Assembly: GCA_034780895.1 (NCBI GenBank)
Contig: JAUZTB010000070.1
Location: 16,915,397 to 16,979,396, forward strand
DNA length: 64,000 nucleotides
Reading direction: 5' to 3'
Origin: Rhynchobatus australiae
Lineage: Eukaryota
Positions within the stretch are counted from its first letter, which is position 1; every line of letters begins with the position of its first letter. The notes beneath the pieces are model-generated. The model had not been told where the DNA came from. It did no database searches and saw only the letters and a program-made list of their open reading frames with translations. Position numbers and translations under genes: made by a program. This document shows, one piece after another, positions 26,456 to 39,794 of the stretch.

Positions 26456-27841
26456 AAACTCAAACAGCAAAACAATGCATTGGGTTTATTAGGATATCAC
26501 TTAAGTACTACTCTCGGCAATGACAATGCTGCTTGTCTCTTTGGCTATTACAATCCTCAGTAGTCTTTTGAAGAAGTTCAGGAATAACCAGTATTTTTTG
26601 TTACATTCGTGAGGCTCTGTTAAGGTGCATCTTTTACTCAATTCAATTTCAGAGCCAATGCTGAAATCCATGTTAACTCCCAAGCCAATCGCTGAGCATT
26701 TTTCTTTGGCACATGTGGAAAAGAAAATTTAGTTAAACAAAGCTGTCAAAAAGAATGCAGTCATCCAGCTGCTGTTGGCAGTTGACCAAAGCCTGCATCG
26801 TACACTGAATAATCTGTCAAAATAAAAAAAGTACACAATGAGCATGCTTCCCCTCTGCGATGTAACTAGGCGAGCAATGGGAGCTCCTGCACAACAGGCT
26901 GCTGTTACTTATGAAGTAATATGAGTGCATCCAAGTATTGCATTACTTCATCGCATAGCTGCTGAGAGGATAAGGTACCCCTGGCCATCCGATATTTGTG
27001 TCTGGATGTGTTTTGGTGAGGAGGTTAGGGAGCGAGCCATTCAGAAACTTTATGACCGAATTCTGCCTTGCACATCCACTGCCTGCAAAATGGGGATGAG
27101 GGGAAAACTAGCCCATGGTTTTCTTTAAACTCACCACATAGTAAGGCTATATATGCGCTTTTATTCACTCCTCTCCTTAAGTAATAACCGAATTTCTTTA
27201 CACCTAGTCAAATAAAATTTTGTCCATTCACTAAAGCTTTTCTAAGTTTGGATACAAACATTATCCTGCTGTTCATTTAAATAAATAGCCATGTGGACCC
27301 AACAATACTAGCAGAACAAATGTCAGCATCTCCATCCAGAAAACACAAGAGCTCACATTCCAGCTTTTTGAAATAGTAGACTTCTGTTGGGCAAGATTCA
27401 TCAGTGTCCCAGCCAGACCACCTTATAAGCACAAGCAGCAAGCAACAGCACAGCCCTCTACCCAGATGAGTAAATAGTCCAGATTGAACCCACAACATTT
27501 GTTACTTGAATACACCAAATGTGAGAATCCTTGAGAGAGGGCAAGTGCAGAATGATTAGCAAGCAATTTATTTGTTTAAACAATTTGCTCAGGCGGAGAT
27601 TCTGACTAACAAAGGATGGGATTAATTACTCCAGCAATGTATTGGAGATGAGATGTCTGATGTCCAAAAACCATAGCTATCTACTTTTGTGTTAGGTATG
27701 ATGCAAGGCAGTGGAGAGCTTTGTCCCTAGTTTAGGACTAATACAATGTGATCTTGCAGACAGAAGTCATTATGTGGTGCAAAAGCATGCTACTCAAAAA
27801 GCTATTTAGGATTTTTTTATATATATATTTACAGAAGCATG

Positions 27842-28005
27842 CAATTGGCAACTGTAAACTGCCCCTAATTTAGGTAGGTGGCAGAAGAATCAGGGACAGT
27901 TGAGGGGGATTTGACAGGCAAATGGGATTGGGGTAGATGGGTGCCTGATGGTTGGAACGGGTGTGTAGGCCATAGAGATTGTTTTCTTGCTGTACAACAC
28001 TCACT
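27842..28005 (+). mobile_element. 3' half of V-SINE
   Basis: aattggcaactgtaaactgcccct...gatgggtgcctgatggttgg is similar to the 3' half of 18436-18822. Confidence 0.55.
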
Positions 28006-29099
28006 CTGTGCCATTGGTAGTCAGTTACTCATCTCAACAACTTCATTCATCCTGTTCCAAAAGGAACCTTAACACAAAGAAAGGAAGCTCATTCAATGAA
28101 CTTTTAATCAGCCTTTGTGAGGGCTTGAAAGCAAATTGGCGCCAAACCCATTCTCTCACTGCTTTTAAAGCCTTGAATTGCCTGAAATTCCAGTTGGAAA
28201 GTTCCCAAAGAAAATGTAACTTTAAAATCTGCATCCAATATCACTTCCTATTTTGCTGTGAAAGTAATTAAAATACACAAGGGAAAAAGAAATAGGTGGC
28301 AATTCAGAAGTTTACATTATTGAATCGTGTCAACCCAGTCATATCAGTTATGGCACAACATTGAAATTCAACTCAGAAACAATGATACAAATACAACGCA
28401 TTGTTCATTCAATAATCCTGAAACACATATATAATAACTTGCATTTAAATGCCGTACTTTAAACTTCATGACATTCCTAAAAACCTTGCATGCCAAAGTA
28501 GTACAATTGAAGCCCAGCTCCTGCAAAAATACCAGCAAACAGAGCTGCCAAAGTGATCTCATAAACAGTAACAAAATGAGGTAGAAATATTGCTCAGGAT
28601 CATGAATTAGGATGCAATTTTTCACCTAAGAAGACAGATGAGGCCATGGTTAAAATCTCATCTGCAAGATGATTCTTCCCTTGAATGCGGCCCTCCCTTG
28701 GTACTACTCTAAAAATATGGCCTACATTACCTGTTTAAGTCACTTGAGGATCAATGTTTGACTCCCATCTTTCTAGTCAGGGCCAAAGGGTGACCCTAAG
28801 CCAGGGGTGAGAGTAGCAAGAGCTCCCCAATCATAATGGCAGAGTATCTATGAAACAATGCTCTCCAGATCTAGATTATTAGCTCTGGAGTGACTAATGG
28901 AAGGTAAAATGCTGGAAGATAGCTGGGTTAAGGGTTACCCCTGAGGAATTCACACAGCCATGTCCTGCAGGCTATTCATCTCAGCAACAATAACCACAAG
29001 CATCTTTCTTTATGCTAGGTATTACATCAGTGGGAGAGATTCCTTCCTAGTTCCCACTGACTTCAGTTTTACTAGCTCTCTATCTTGCCACATACTGTC

Positions 29100-30910
29100 A
29101 ACTTATTCATTTTTTGGGGATCTGCGAAATACCGGCAAGGCCAACATTATTGCTCATCTCTTTATGCCCTTGAGAATATGATGGTGAGCCACTTTCTTGA
29201 ACAACTATATTCACTTTAGTGAAGTTACTCTCACAAAATGTTGGTAAGGAGATTTAGAATTTAGGTACAATGACAATGAAGGACCAGCAATACATTTCCA
29301 TGTCAGGAAGATGTGCATTTTAGAGGGGACCTGTAGGAGGAAGTGTTCATGCACCTGTTGCTATAAGATGCCAAGTAATCTGGGCAAGTAACAGTGCACT
29401 TTGTAGATGATATACACTGCAGCCTCTGCAATCAGTGGTGGAGAAAATGATTCTTCTGGGGGATGACCTGCAATGCTAATGCTACTGAATGTTAAGGTAG
29501 GTGTTTAGAGATAGTCATGGGCTGGCATTTCCATAGCACGAAAGTTACTTGCCACTTATCAGTCCAGAGAGTTGAGCATAAAAATCTAGGCTGACGGTTC
29601 TGTAGGAGTGTTGCATTGTTAGGGGTGCTATATTTTGAATAAGATGTTAACTCAAGGCCTGATTGCTCTCCCAGATGGAGGCAAAAGATCCAATTATATT
29701 TATTTCAAAGAAAGAGGATTTAAGTCCAGAGTTTTGGACAATATTTACCTCTCAATTAATCTTTTTGAAGCATATTATTGGATCATTATCAAACTGCTGT
29801 TTATGGACACTTGCTGTGCACTTGTATAAGCTATAGAACTGAATGCATGGAATGGATTAAACTGGCTGCCCTTGGGACTTGAGGAGGAATCAGACATGGA
29901 CCTACCATCCAGTAACTCTACCTGCCACGTGCTTGCAAATGTTTCATTTGCTCTTATTAGTAGGCTTCATCAACAGAGGATAGGGAATCCTCCATCACCC
30001 ATCAAATTGTTCACCACCAATCACTTTTGGATGTGGCAAAGCTGCAGACATTTGAACTGATCAATCATTTGTGTAGTTACTTACTTTGTCTATTGTGAAT
30101 TGTTTCCATTATTTATTATGCATGTGTTATAGCTTCACCAGAATGGCACCTCATTTTTGAAGTGCTCTTCTTGACTCCACATTGAACCTTGGTTATTCTT
30201 AATTTCCAAGAACTGTGTCAAGGTTACTCTAACAATGTGACAATGGACAGATGAATATGCAACAGGTAGATCCACCAGGACTAGAGCAAGTACAATTTTT
30301 CTACATCTCAGCATCTACTGAAGACCCAGTCTGCCCATTCATTTTTTCAGANNNNNNNNNNNNNNNNNNNNNNNNNNNNNNNNNNNNNNNNNNNNNNNNN
30401 NNNNNNNNAAGCTCCCCCACCACTCAAGATACATGGTGCAGCATTGTTACCTTCACTGCTTCTTCCAAGTTGTATTCAGCATGGAAGAGGATGAATTTCT
30501 ACATCATCATTTGCAGCTTGCCTTTTCTTGAACAGATAGCATGAGACGTTGTAGGGTACAGAGTCAATGTGGAGAATAACAGGCCTACTCCCTCTCATTG
30601 GAGACTGATGTGACACCACCTCTATTATTGATGGGATATAGGACATTAAGAGATGGTAATGGAAGAATGTGTAATGTTGATCTGTTGAGAATGCTGATGC
30701 CCAGGCTGTTGCTCAACTAGTCTCAGTTTTTCCAAGTTTGGCACTGTATAGATATCAATGATGAGAATTTTGCAGGGTTAAGTATCCCTTTATCACATCC
30801 AAATCTAGTACCTGGGTTGATGCTAGGTGGTCATTTTGGTATCTCTTGGTAACTTTGAGACAACTGAGTGGCTTGCTAGCGTATTTTAGAGGGCAGAGTA
30901 GAGTTAACCA
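29100..30910 (-). mobile_element. Old non-LTR LINE (CR1/L2 group, clade not determined), with a nested SINE
   Basis: Starts with the same 3' tail and body as 44572-44990 (ttattcatt...ggccaacattattgctcatc...gcccttgagaa...ggtgagcc...tttcttgaac). Interrupted at 29575-29830. Confidence 0.6.
29575..29830 (+). mobile_element. Deu-domain SINE nested in LINE
   Basis: aaaatctaggctgac...ggagtgttgcattgttaggggtgc...gatgttaactcaaggcc...aaaagatcc...ttggacaatatttacctctcaa. Confidence 0.65.
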
Positions 30911-31559
30911 CTTTAACAGCTATGAAGCATGAAAAGTTAAGTAAGGACAGAAGCTTTTAAAAAACTATTCTTGCCAAACAAAAACCTTACATAATTTCAA
31001 CACTATGCAGGATTTAGACACTCCAACTCAAACTGTTAATATGCACTTACAATAGGCTTGAGGTCCAGTTACCCTGTTATCACTATACTATTTAGAACAC
31101 TAGTTTTCCAATATCAGCACCTGTCTATCACATCTAGTTATTCTGGGTCTCGCATGTGCTGCCATTATAAATCACTGAGTCATGCCATCTGACCAACTGG
31201 GAACAGCAGGCTGATATTGCACCAGTTTTCCAACACAGATACGCTGTTCTCAGACTTTCCACATGCCCTGAACAGACACAGCTTTATATTCAGTTTTATT
31301 TAAGATAATAGTATGAAAAACAAATAAAGCGTGTGGCTTAATTTGACTACAAACATGCAAGGACATATTGCTTATTTAGCACACAAACACTGGCTAAATG
31401 TGGTAGCCAAATCCAAATCATCAACTCACTACAAAGACAAGTAGACTTCCCTACTCTTTTCAGGCCAATAAATGTTCAGAAAGCAACACTACCTCACTGT
31501 ACTTCAATACCAAATGCAATGATTTACAAAAATTTTTTTTAGAAAAAGGAAGTGCCTAA

Positions 31560-31851
31560 GAATGGCTAACATGAGGGGGCATAATTTTAAGGTGATTGGA
31601 GGAAGATAAAAGGGGAATGTCAGGGGTAAGTTTTTTTTAAACAGTGAGTGGTGGGTGTGTGGAACGCAGTGCCTGCAGAGGTTGTGGGGGCAGATACATT
31701 AGGGACATTTCAGAGACTCTTATACAGACACATGAATGATAGAGAAATAGGGGGCTATGTGGGAGGGAAGGGTTAGATAGATCTTAGAGCAGGATAAAAT
31801 GTTGATCGTGGGCCGAAGGGCCTGTACTGTGCTGTAATGTTCTATGTTCTA
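31560..31851 (+). mobile_element. CR1 LINE 3' end (same subfamily as 9595-9896)
   Basis: Shares long near-identical blocks with 9595-9896, e.g. gggggctatgtgggaggg...ggttagatagatcttagagcaggataaaatgt. Ends in (tgttcta)2. Confidence 0.85.
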
Positions 31852-34224
31852 AATTTGATTCCTCTTTCCAAAGTCTGCTACTGTAAGTTCCCAAAACATA
31901 TTTCATGGCTGGATGAGGATGCAAGCAGTCAACTTTAGAGCATGGATCTGTTGGACTGAATGGCCTACTTCAGTGTTGGAAATATTTGGTAACAGGCCAA
32001 ATATAGGCACAGGATAACAAATAAGAGGTAGGCAAGCCTTCACCCTTTTAACACCTCAAGACTGAGCACGAGGGGGACTTGGACACTACAAATTCTGTAC
32101 AATACATTTAACTAACCTAAACCATTTTTTCTGCAAAAATTATTCACAAGCCTGGGAGTAAAATAATATTTATTTTGTGAAGTCCTGTGGCACTTATTCG
32201 ATTGTGAAGAAGAACATTTAAGCTATTTTTTAAATGGAAATGGAGAGGGCAGATTTGCATTGACACAGCATATTACTGCAGGTGCTGTAATTGTTTACAT
32301 CCAATAAATAACTTTTAAGAGTGCAGTCACTAGTGTAAATACATGAAAACAAAACTTATGCTGCAAAAATCCACAAATAGCAATGAGCCAAGTGACCATT
32401 AAATATTTTCTTTCACGATAATGTTTGAAGGATAAATGTTACGTAAATCACAGGCAGAACTCCCCCATTATCTGGGCAAGTAACAAGGAAAAAATATTTG
32501 CAGGAAAAAGCATCAACATTCACAGAATGGACATGTTTATTGCAGCAACAATGCAGAGATTGATAAGAATGTCCATTCAATACATCACTTTGGCTTCAGT
32601 TTCAATCAACCTATTTTGATAGAAACATCAAAAAGCCAGGAAGGTTATGCAGAGTGGGAGGTTGTTGGGGCAGGGGGCTTCATTTACAGGAGCAGGAGCT
32701 TCATACACAGACTATAGGCTACAAATGCAAACTTCAAATTGAACATCAAATAATAATTCAACTATTTTGCATAACTGTGATGAGGTTTAACCTTTGACAG
32801 CTGAATATTCGATAGCCAACATTACTCAACAAAAAGTGGTCATTAAATAACTACTCAATGTTTAGTCTGACAGAAAGCTGCAATCGCAACTGGTTATTGT
32901 CTTTGACGTGAACCCTCCTTTGAGCACAACTCTCACCATCCATTTCTTTAGATACTTGATGAAATCATCACTAAAACTTTTAAGTAGGTACCTGTTGAAT
33001 ATTCATTTCAAATGCAGAACAGTAATCACAATAAATGTNNNNNNNNNNNNNNNNNNNNNNNNNNNNNNNNNNNNNNNNNNNNNNNNNNNNNNNNNNNNNN
33101 NNNNNNNNNNNNNNNNNNNNNNNNNNNNNNNNNNNNNNNNNNNNNNNNNNNNNNNNNNNNNNNNNNNNNNNNNNNNNNNNNNNNNNNNNNNNNNNNNNNN
33201 NNNNNNNNNNNNNNNNNNNNNNNNNNNNNNNNNNNNNNNNNNNNNNNNNNNNNNNNNNNNNNNNNNNNNNNNNNNNNNNNNNNNNNNNNNNNNNNNNNNN
33301 NNNNNNNNNNNNNNNNNNNNNNNNNNNNNNNNNNNNNNNNNNNNNNNNNNNNNNNNNNNNNNNNNNNNNNNNNNNNNNNNNNNNNNNNNNNNNNNNNNNN
33401 NNNNNNNNNNNNNNNNNNNNNNNNNNNNNNNNNNNNNNNNNNNNNNNNNNNNNNNNNNNNNNNNNNNNNNNNNNNNNNCACACAACAAAACACACAGAGT
33501 CAAGGGATCTGGGTAAAACTATTCACCAAAAGCACAAAGATTGACCCATGTCAAGGTGACAAGACCTTGTTTGCCTAGGTGGCTCTCATTAAGGAAAAGG
33601 ATAATCACCTATTGCATCTGCTCTATGAAGCCATCGATGGTCCCATCTCAGATGTTCAAATCAGCAGCCGTAAACATCATTCATGTGGTTTATTGATACC
33701 TGCAGTTTTAATAGTAGGAACAGTGGCCACTCAAGAAAGTTGTCTCAGAGTTCTTAATTACCATGTCATTGTACCCCAGCATATCCAGTAAGAAGAGCAA
33801 GCTGAATTTAGAAAATCTGCAATTGGCTACTTCAGCAGGAATCAGGCATTTTTCCTAGGAATTCAATCAACAATGCAGCACAAGTTCTGAACCTCTCAAG
33901 CCTCATCTAAATGATTAAGAAATAACGACTAAGATCAGAAATTACCAATATTTTATTATTTCACCAATGGCATATCCAAAGGCATAAAGCTAAATATTCC
34001 ATTTTACGAATAAGGCTTTAAACAACATCCCAAGATCTCAAAAATTATTTAAAGTGCCAATATCCAAGCAAATACAAACCTTTTTAATTTTTACAAATTT
34101 ATTTCATTCATAAAATTTGACATTAGATACGACAGTTCATTCATAGAGTCATGGAGTCATAAATTCATACAGCACAGAAACAGCCCCTTTGGCCCAACTG
34201 GTCCATGTCGATCAGATTCCCATC

Positions 34225-34530
34225 AAGACAACAAAATCAAGGGCACCAATACTTTGGGAGGGTAAAAGAGTTGGAGAAGATTACAGTTAGAAAGGTGCAG
34301 GACTTGGACGGAAAATTATAAGAACTTTAAAATGGAAGTATGATTAATTGAGAGCCACTGCTGGTCATCAAGCACAGCAGAGGGATAACTAGAACATAAG
34401 CTAGGGTTGTTTCATCTTTATGGAGGGTAGAATGAGGGAGCCTAGCTAAGAGTGCAATAGAATAGACAAGAGGTAAGTGAGGGTTTCACCAGCAGATGGG
34501 AAAGCAGGCAATGTAACCAAAGTGGGAAGA
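34225..34530 (-). mobile_element. L2 LINE fragment
   Basis: gttggagaagattacag...tttatggagggtagaatgagggagcctagctaagagtgcaatagaatagacaagaggt corresponds to the reverse of the L2 RLDYSNALLAGLP region. Confidence 0.5.
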
Positions 34531-34669
34531 GGTGAACTCACCCATGATGATGATACATGTTGTCATTTTCAGTTACATTACTTTCAAGCCACATTATTCA
34601 TTTCACACTACATTTGCATGATAGAAAATTTTCCTTTACATATATCCCTTGAGCAAATATTCTGAGGAG

Positions 34670-34768
34670 TATGCAACGGTCTCCGATCTAAAACATTAAC
34701 TGTTTCTCTTTCTACAGATACTGCCTGACCTGTTAAGTGTTTCCAGAGTATTCCGTTTTTATTTCAGC
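34670..34768 (+). mobile_element. Decayed copy of the Penelope-like terminal repeat
   Basis: ggtctccgatctaaaacattaactgtttctctttctacagatactgcctgacctg...tgtttccag resembles 2930-3010. Hammerhead core destroyed. Confidence 0.6.
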
Positions 34769-35664
34769 TTTTTATTTACCGAGAGGTTCACAGCACATCA
34801 GTGAAGGCTGCAACAAACTTCAATTGGTCACACCCAGCATGTAATCTTGGACCACAAAATGCATCATCCCATAACATTCATTCATAGACAGCTCCTTAAA
34901 TTGGAAGATTTTGCACAGACTAAAAGACATCTTTCACTGAACTCAATCTTCTGGCAGCAGGTGGTGTTTGTCTCAATGTTTCTCCTCAGGAACAGCCTGT
35001 AGATCAGGGTCCTGTGTTATGCAGCTGTTCGGGATGAACCTTGACAAAGACTACTGCAGCTCTTTCCAGATCTTCCTGGCAAGATGGATGACAGTCTCAA
35101 ATGCACCACAGCCACCTCAAGAGCAGTGTATGGTTCTGCTGTGACTTGAGCTGTGCATGGAAGAGCTGACAATAAGCATTCTCCACACCCCAGCCAAATA
35201 AGGTCATGAAGCTGATTTGAAAGTTCTGGTGATGAAGCATTCTGCCAAATGATTTCAACAATTTTCTTGTGAAACCAGCTGACAGAATCCACCATCCACT
35301 ATCCACTTTTCCCATATGGTCTCAGGAACATTCTAAGCAGACTACTGCCTAAGTGATTTACATTCAGAGGTGTTCAGCACACGTTTTCTTTGAGAGACAG
35401 ATGGTACAGCACAGTCCAGCTGAAAAGGACATTCCAAGGCAACATGGCCATACATTAGAGACAGATAAAATCTCAGTGATAATCAACACTTGACGTTTGC
35501 ATGCTAAGGTTCCATGCAGAGTTTGATGCAGCCACACACAAAGGTAGTCAAAAGGATGAGGAGCAGAATGGGCATATTTTTCTCAGGAAATTTGTACATT
35601 GCATCTCAGTGGACATGGTTATTTTCGATCTCCAGATAAAATGGGAAAATGCTACAGTGCAAGG

Positions 35665-35763
35665 ACAAAAACAGAAAATGAAGGAAACACTCACCAAGTC
35701 AGGTAACACCTACGGAATGAGAATCAGAGTTAACACTTCAGGTCAGAGACCCTACATCAGAAC
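35665..35763 (-). mobile_element. Decayed copy of the Penelope-like terminal repeat
   Basis: Minus strand gttCTGATGTagggtctctgacctGAAGtgttaac (mutated hammerhead), followed by family body. The family tail atttcagatttccagcatctgcag lies nearby at ~35865-35890. Confidence 0.6.
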
Positions 35764-38239
35764 AGATAATCTTTCAGCAGCAGGTGATGTCCGTCTCTGT
35801 GTGTTTCCCTGGAATCAGCTCATAGAATGCAGAGTCTAATGTTATTTTACCACTGTTTATTTTATTTCAGATTTCCAGCATCTGCAGTTTTTTGATATTC
35901 AACAACAGTGCAGGCACCAGGTACAATCTGCAGTATGTACAGCAATAGTTATACCTGATAACAGGTTCCTTCCCACAATCAAGGAAGATATAATTTCTGC
36001 AATACCAGATGCCCCAGTTCCTTGGAACCATATTACCAGCACCTAAATTGGACCTGTCAGTGAAGGGCACAAAGGATTGGTCAGGCCAGTTGCAAAAAGA
36101 ATATGGCCTCACTTTTGCTGCAATTAACTCAATCCCACAATCCCAAGACAAGTTCATACTAATCACAGAGGCTCATCAATCTGTCAGCCAATTTGTATTC
36201 GAGCAGAAGATGGCAACATTGCCAGCAAGGCTTTAATCTGAGTGCTTCTACTACCTGCAATCACCACCTCGCCTACATTTTCCTCCTTCCTGATATACTT
36301 GGCAAAAGATTTGACATAAAACACAAAATGAGACAGGCAAAATTTAATTGAGAAGCTTTCATTTTCCCACCTGTTAACAAGGATTGGACTACTGATACCC
36401 ATGTAGAACAGTCATATCCAACTCTCCCCCAAAACCTATTTTCAAGGTTTCTGTCTTGAAGTGTGTAACAGCCTGTCAAAGACTTTTTCCTAGTCCAAGT
36501 TGATTTAGCAAGCGTCCACTGTGCACCCCCAACTTGCCAGCCACCAGCATAGAAGAATTTGGTAGGACATGAAATATCGGAAATGTGTTTCAGTAAAACT
36601 TTCCCTTCATAACCACAAACCAACTTTATGCAAGACCTATAACTGACCATTGCTTCAATATCCTATTAGTAATATGGACACCAGAATTCTGCAGTGCTCT
36701 ATGTGTCTTCTAACGAAGTTTCTCCATAAATTTAACATTACTTCCCCACTGTAATTGCCCAACCTTCTAAAAACAAATACCCAGTACATTCCGTGCACAC
36801 TTCATGGTTATCAAAGAATAATTTACAAAGTCATATTCTCAGATACAATTCTTGTATTGTCCTTCACCCCATTAAGATTTTAACTTTCCAAGGAATAAAT
36901 GGCAGCCTTAATTTTCCTCCCAAGGTAAGTCACCTCACACTTTGCTTCATTGACTTTTAGTTGTCATTACTGCCTCAACTCATTCAGTTCACCTTGTACG
37001 TTTTTATTACTCCTCCTCACACTTCCAATATGTAGTCATTTCTCACTTTGTCCATCAGCAACAATAACCCCTACACCCCAATTATTTCCTTTTGTAGCAA
37101 TCTTTCAGTTCATTCTGCTATCTGGTTCTTGACTCTGTGCGCAACCTGTTACAGATCTCTTACATGGCAGTTTCTGAAAATCCAAATATATCATATGTGA
37201 AGAAGTGGTGAAAGCAGTTCTATTCAAAACATACAAAAAGAAAATTAGATGTTTAATAATTGGAGGGAAAAAATTCATAGCACTATGGTGAGAGAGTACA
37301 GGAGTGGGATTAACTGAAAAGTTCTATTAAAGAGCTGTCATGCTGTGCTGTATCATTCTTCAGTTCTATACACAGTGCATTGCCCTTGTCTAACCTTCCT
37401 GTTATGCCTTCAAAGGATTCAGTAAGGTTGGTTAAACATGACCTTCCTTTTAGAAATAATAGTCACTATATTTTATTTTATCTCTCACCTCAAATCAAAT
37501 AACTAAACATTCTAGTGTCTTTCCTACCACCGATATTAATCTAACTGACCTCTAGTTCCTTCAATTAGTTCCATCTCCCATATTGAAGGGAGGAACTACT
37601 AGTCTGCTGGCATTATTCCTTTACTCATTGAAATCATTTATGTACATAGCCTCTGTAATCTCCTGAGTATACATCACATAGGTGTAATCCACCTGAATCC
37701 AGGTTTTTAATCCTAGTTCAATTTAGGTGTTGGTCTGATATCTCAACGTATTCCATCTTTATTTTTGTAATCTATCTCCTGACTACTTAAATAGTTGCCA
37801 CTCCCTCTTTGGATGAAAACATAAGTAAAACATCTGCCCAACATCCCAGCTATTTTAATACCTTCACCTGTCTATTGTACTCATTCATTCCCATGTTTCA
37901 CATGCCAAGAGAATCTCTAACTCTGTCTTTATTATTCTTTAACTGTTTTATTTTACCTTTTCTTTGCCTTCCTAACTGCACTTTCAATTTCTTCAATTCC
38001 TCATATTACCTTCTTTCATTGTCTTTTTACTATTTTGTATACCTTCACGTACACTTACTTTGAGGTTCAGTTTGACCCTCACCTGCATTTGTCTGGTATA
38101 TCTTATTCTTGACTCATGCACACTTCTCATTGTACAGTCTCTTACTTCTGAGCTAAATCTGCTTGCAGTTAAACATTGCACAAAGTTATTTTGTTTTTCT
38201 GGACTCTCCATATGTTTTTCCATTTACCAAACTTATGGG

Positions 38240-38535
38240 GTTCAGTAGTGCAGTGGTTAAGTTTCTAGACTAGTAGCCAGGGTTCTGAACCATTGACTGA
38301 AAGACACATTCAAATTCCACTATAACAGCTGAGATTTTAAATTCAAGTATAGTAATTAACTCTAGAATTAAAACTAATGACAGTAACCATAAATCTGCTA
38401 TCCTGATCTGGTTTCACTATTATACAACTCCAGACCTAAGTATCTAGTTTACCTCCTCTAGTCAAGGGAAATTAATGAGGGATAATAAGTGCCAGCTTTC
38501 CAGCAATGTCTACATCCTGTGATCAAATAAATTAA
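38240..38535 (+). mobile_element. tRNA-derived SINE sharing its 3' tail with the 29100/44572 LINE
   Basis: Head tagtgcagtggttaagtttctagactagt; tail gggataataagtgccagctttccagcaatgtctacatcctgtgatcaaataaa. Related copies at 44295-44570 and 62430-62742. Confidence 0.55.
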
Positions 38536-38924
38536 GACAATTAGTCCATATTTCCATTTTTGGACATCCAATCTATTTGATTTCCATCATAAATATTATA
38601 ATATAATCACTAATCTCAAGATATCCTCACAACTTACTTATCTGTCATATGTCTTACCTCTCTCCCCATCCCAAATCAGAATGTTGTAGACTCAAGTGCC
38701 ACCGCAGAAATTTCAGCAGAAAAATCTGTACTGAAGCTCCAGTAATTTGTGCAGTTGGAGTAGAGAATCCTAGATGCAGTCTCAGGTGGACATAAAATAT
38801 CCCATAACAATTTCCACCCCCCCCCCCCCCTCTGAGAGAACTGCATGCGAGGTCTCCCTTGTGACTTGAATAATATTAATTCCTCCACACTTACATATGC
38901 ACACATGTGTAGGCCAAGTTCCAA

Positions 38925-39150
38925 GTTATTGTCAACAAGTTGACTGAAGCATATGAGAGGATGAGCTTTACACTCAATCTTCCACAAGACAAAGATCCTC
39001 AAATAACCTACCCCTGCTGTACAACACTGCCCTTTGACAAGAAAGATTCACGGCAAAACTATGGAAAAAAAGTGGAACATTTCTCATACCTTGGAAGCCA
39101 TCCATCAGTGAAGGAATATATCAGTGATGAAATTCACTATCACCCTTTGA
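38925..39150 (+). mobile_element. RTE LINE RT fragment
   Basis: TEAYERMSFTLNL...KVEHFSYLGSHPSVKEYISDEIHYH matches the RTE RT C-terminal pattern. Confidence 0.7.
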
Positions 39151-39794
39151 GATGGTGTGAGGTTATGACTGGCTCCTCATAATTACAATCAGCTCAAATT
39201 ATTTCCCATGCTTAGGTCATAGTGGGTTTTTTTTCCCCATTATTGGCCTTTTATGAAAGAGACAGAAAGTCATCTTGCATGCAGCAAAGCCACCTGCTGT
39301 TATTCCCTTGTTTGTCAGTCACTCTTTATTCCAGTTTATTCAGGGATAGTTCAAATCCCCAAATCCACCAACCTCAATAATTCTCTTTTTCACTTTTACT
39401 TCTTTCACATACCAGCCTACATTTCATTTCATTCCCACTCTTTGTTGAACTGGACTATGCCCCAAATAACCTGACTGATCCCTTGCTATTTATAGCACAA
39501 TCAATATGGATTCTGTCTCAATCCCTTCTAATATGCCTTGCATTATAATGTCTATCTAGTAGCTACTTCATTACTGTGCCCCCAACTTTAATTTTTGATA
39601 CATTCTAGTCTACAATAGCCATCAATCCTCTTCTGCCTGCAGGTTTTAGTCATTCAGGCTTCATGTGCTCTCTTACATAGGTGATGTCTCCAGTTCTTTT
39701 GTTCTGATGCTGATGCCCAAAATGCAAAAAGGGAAATATAGTATGTTCCTATTTTTCATTATTCTTCCATTAGCTGATACCATTAAACATATAA

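Noticed and set aside
26501-26683. 60-aa minus-strand ORF as a possible alternative insr exon or nested gene
   Set aside because: No recognisable homology and no convincing splice-site pair.
32908-33578. Long ORFs of roughly 100-200 aa (also around 22391-22994)
   Set aside because: Made almost entirely of N-gap residues.
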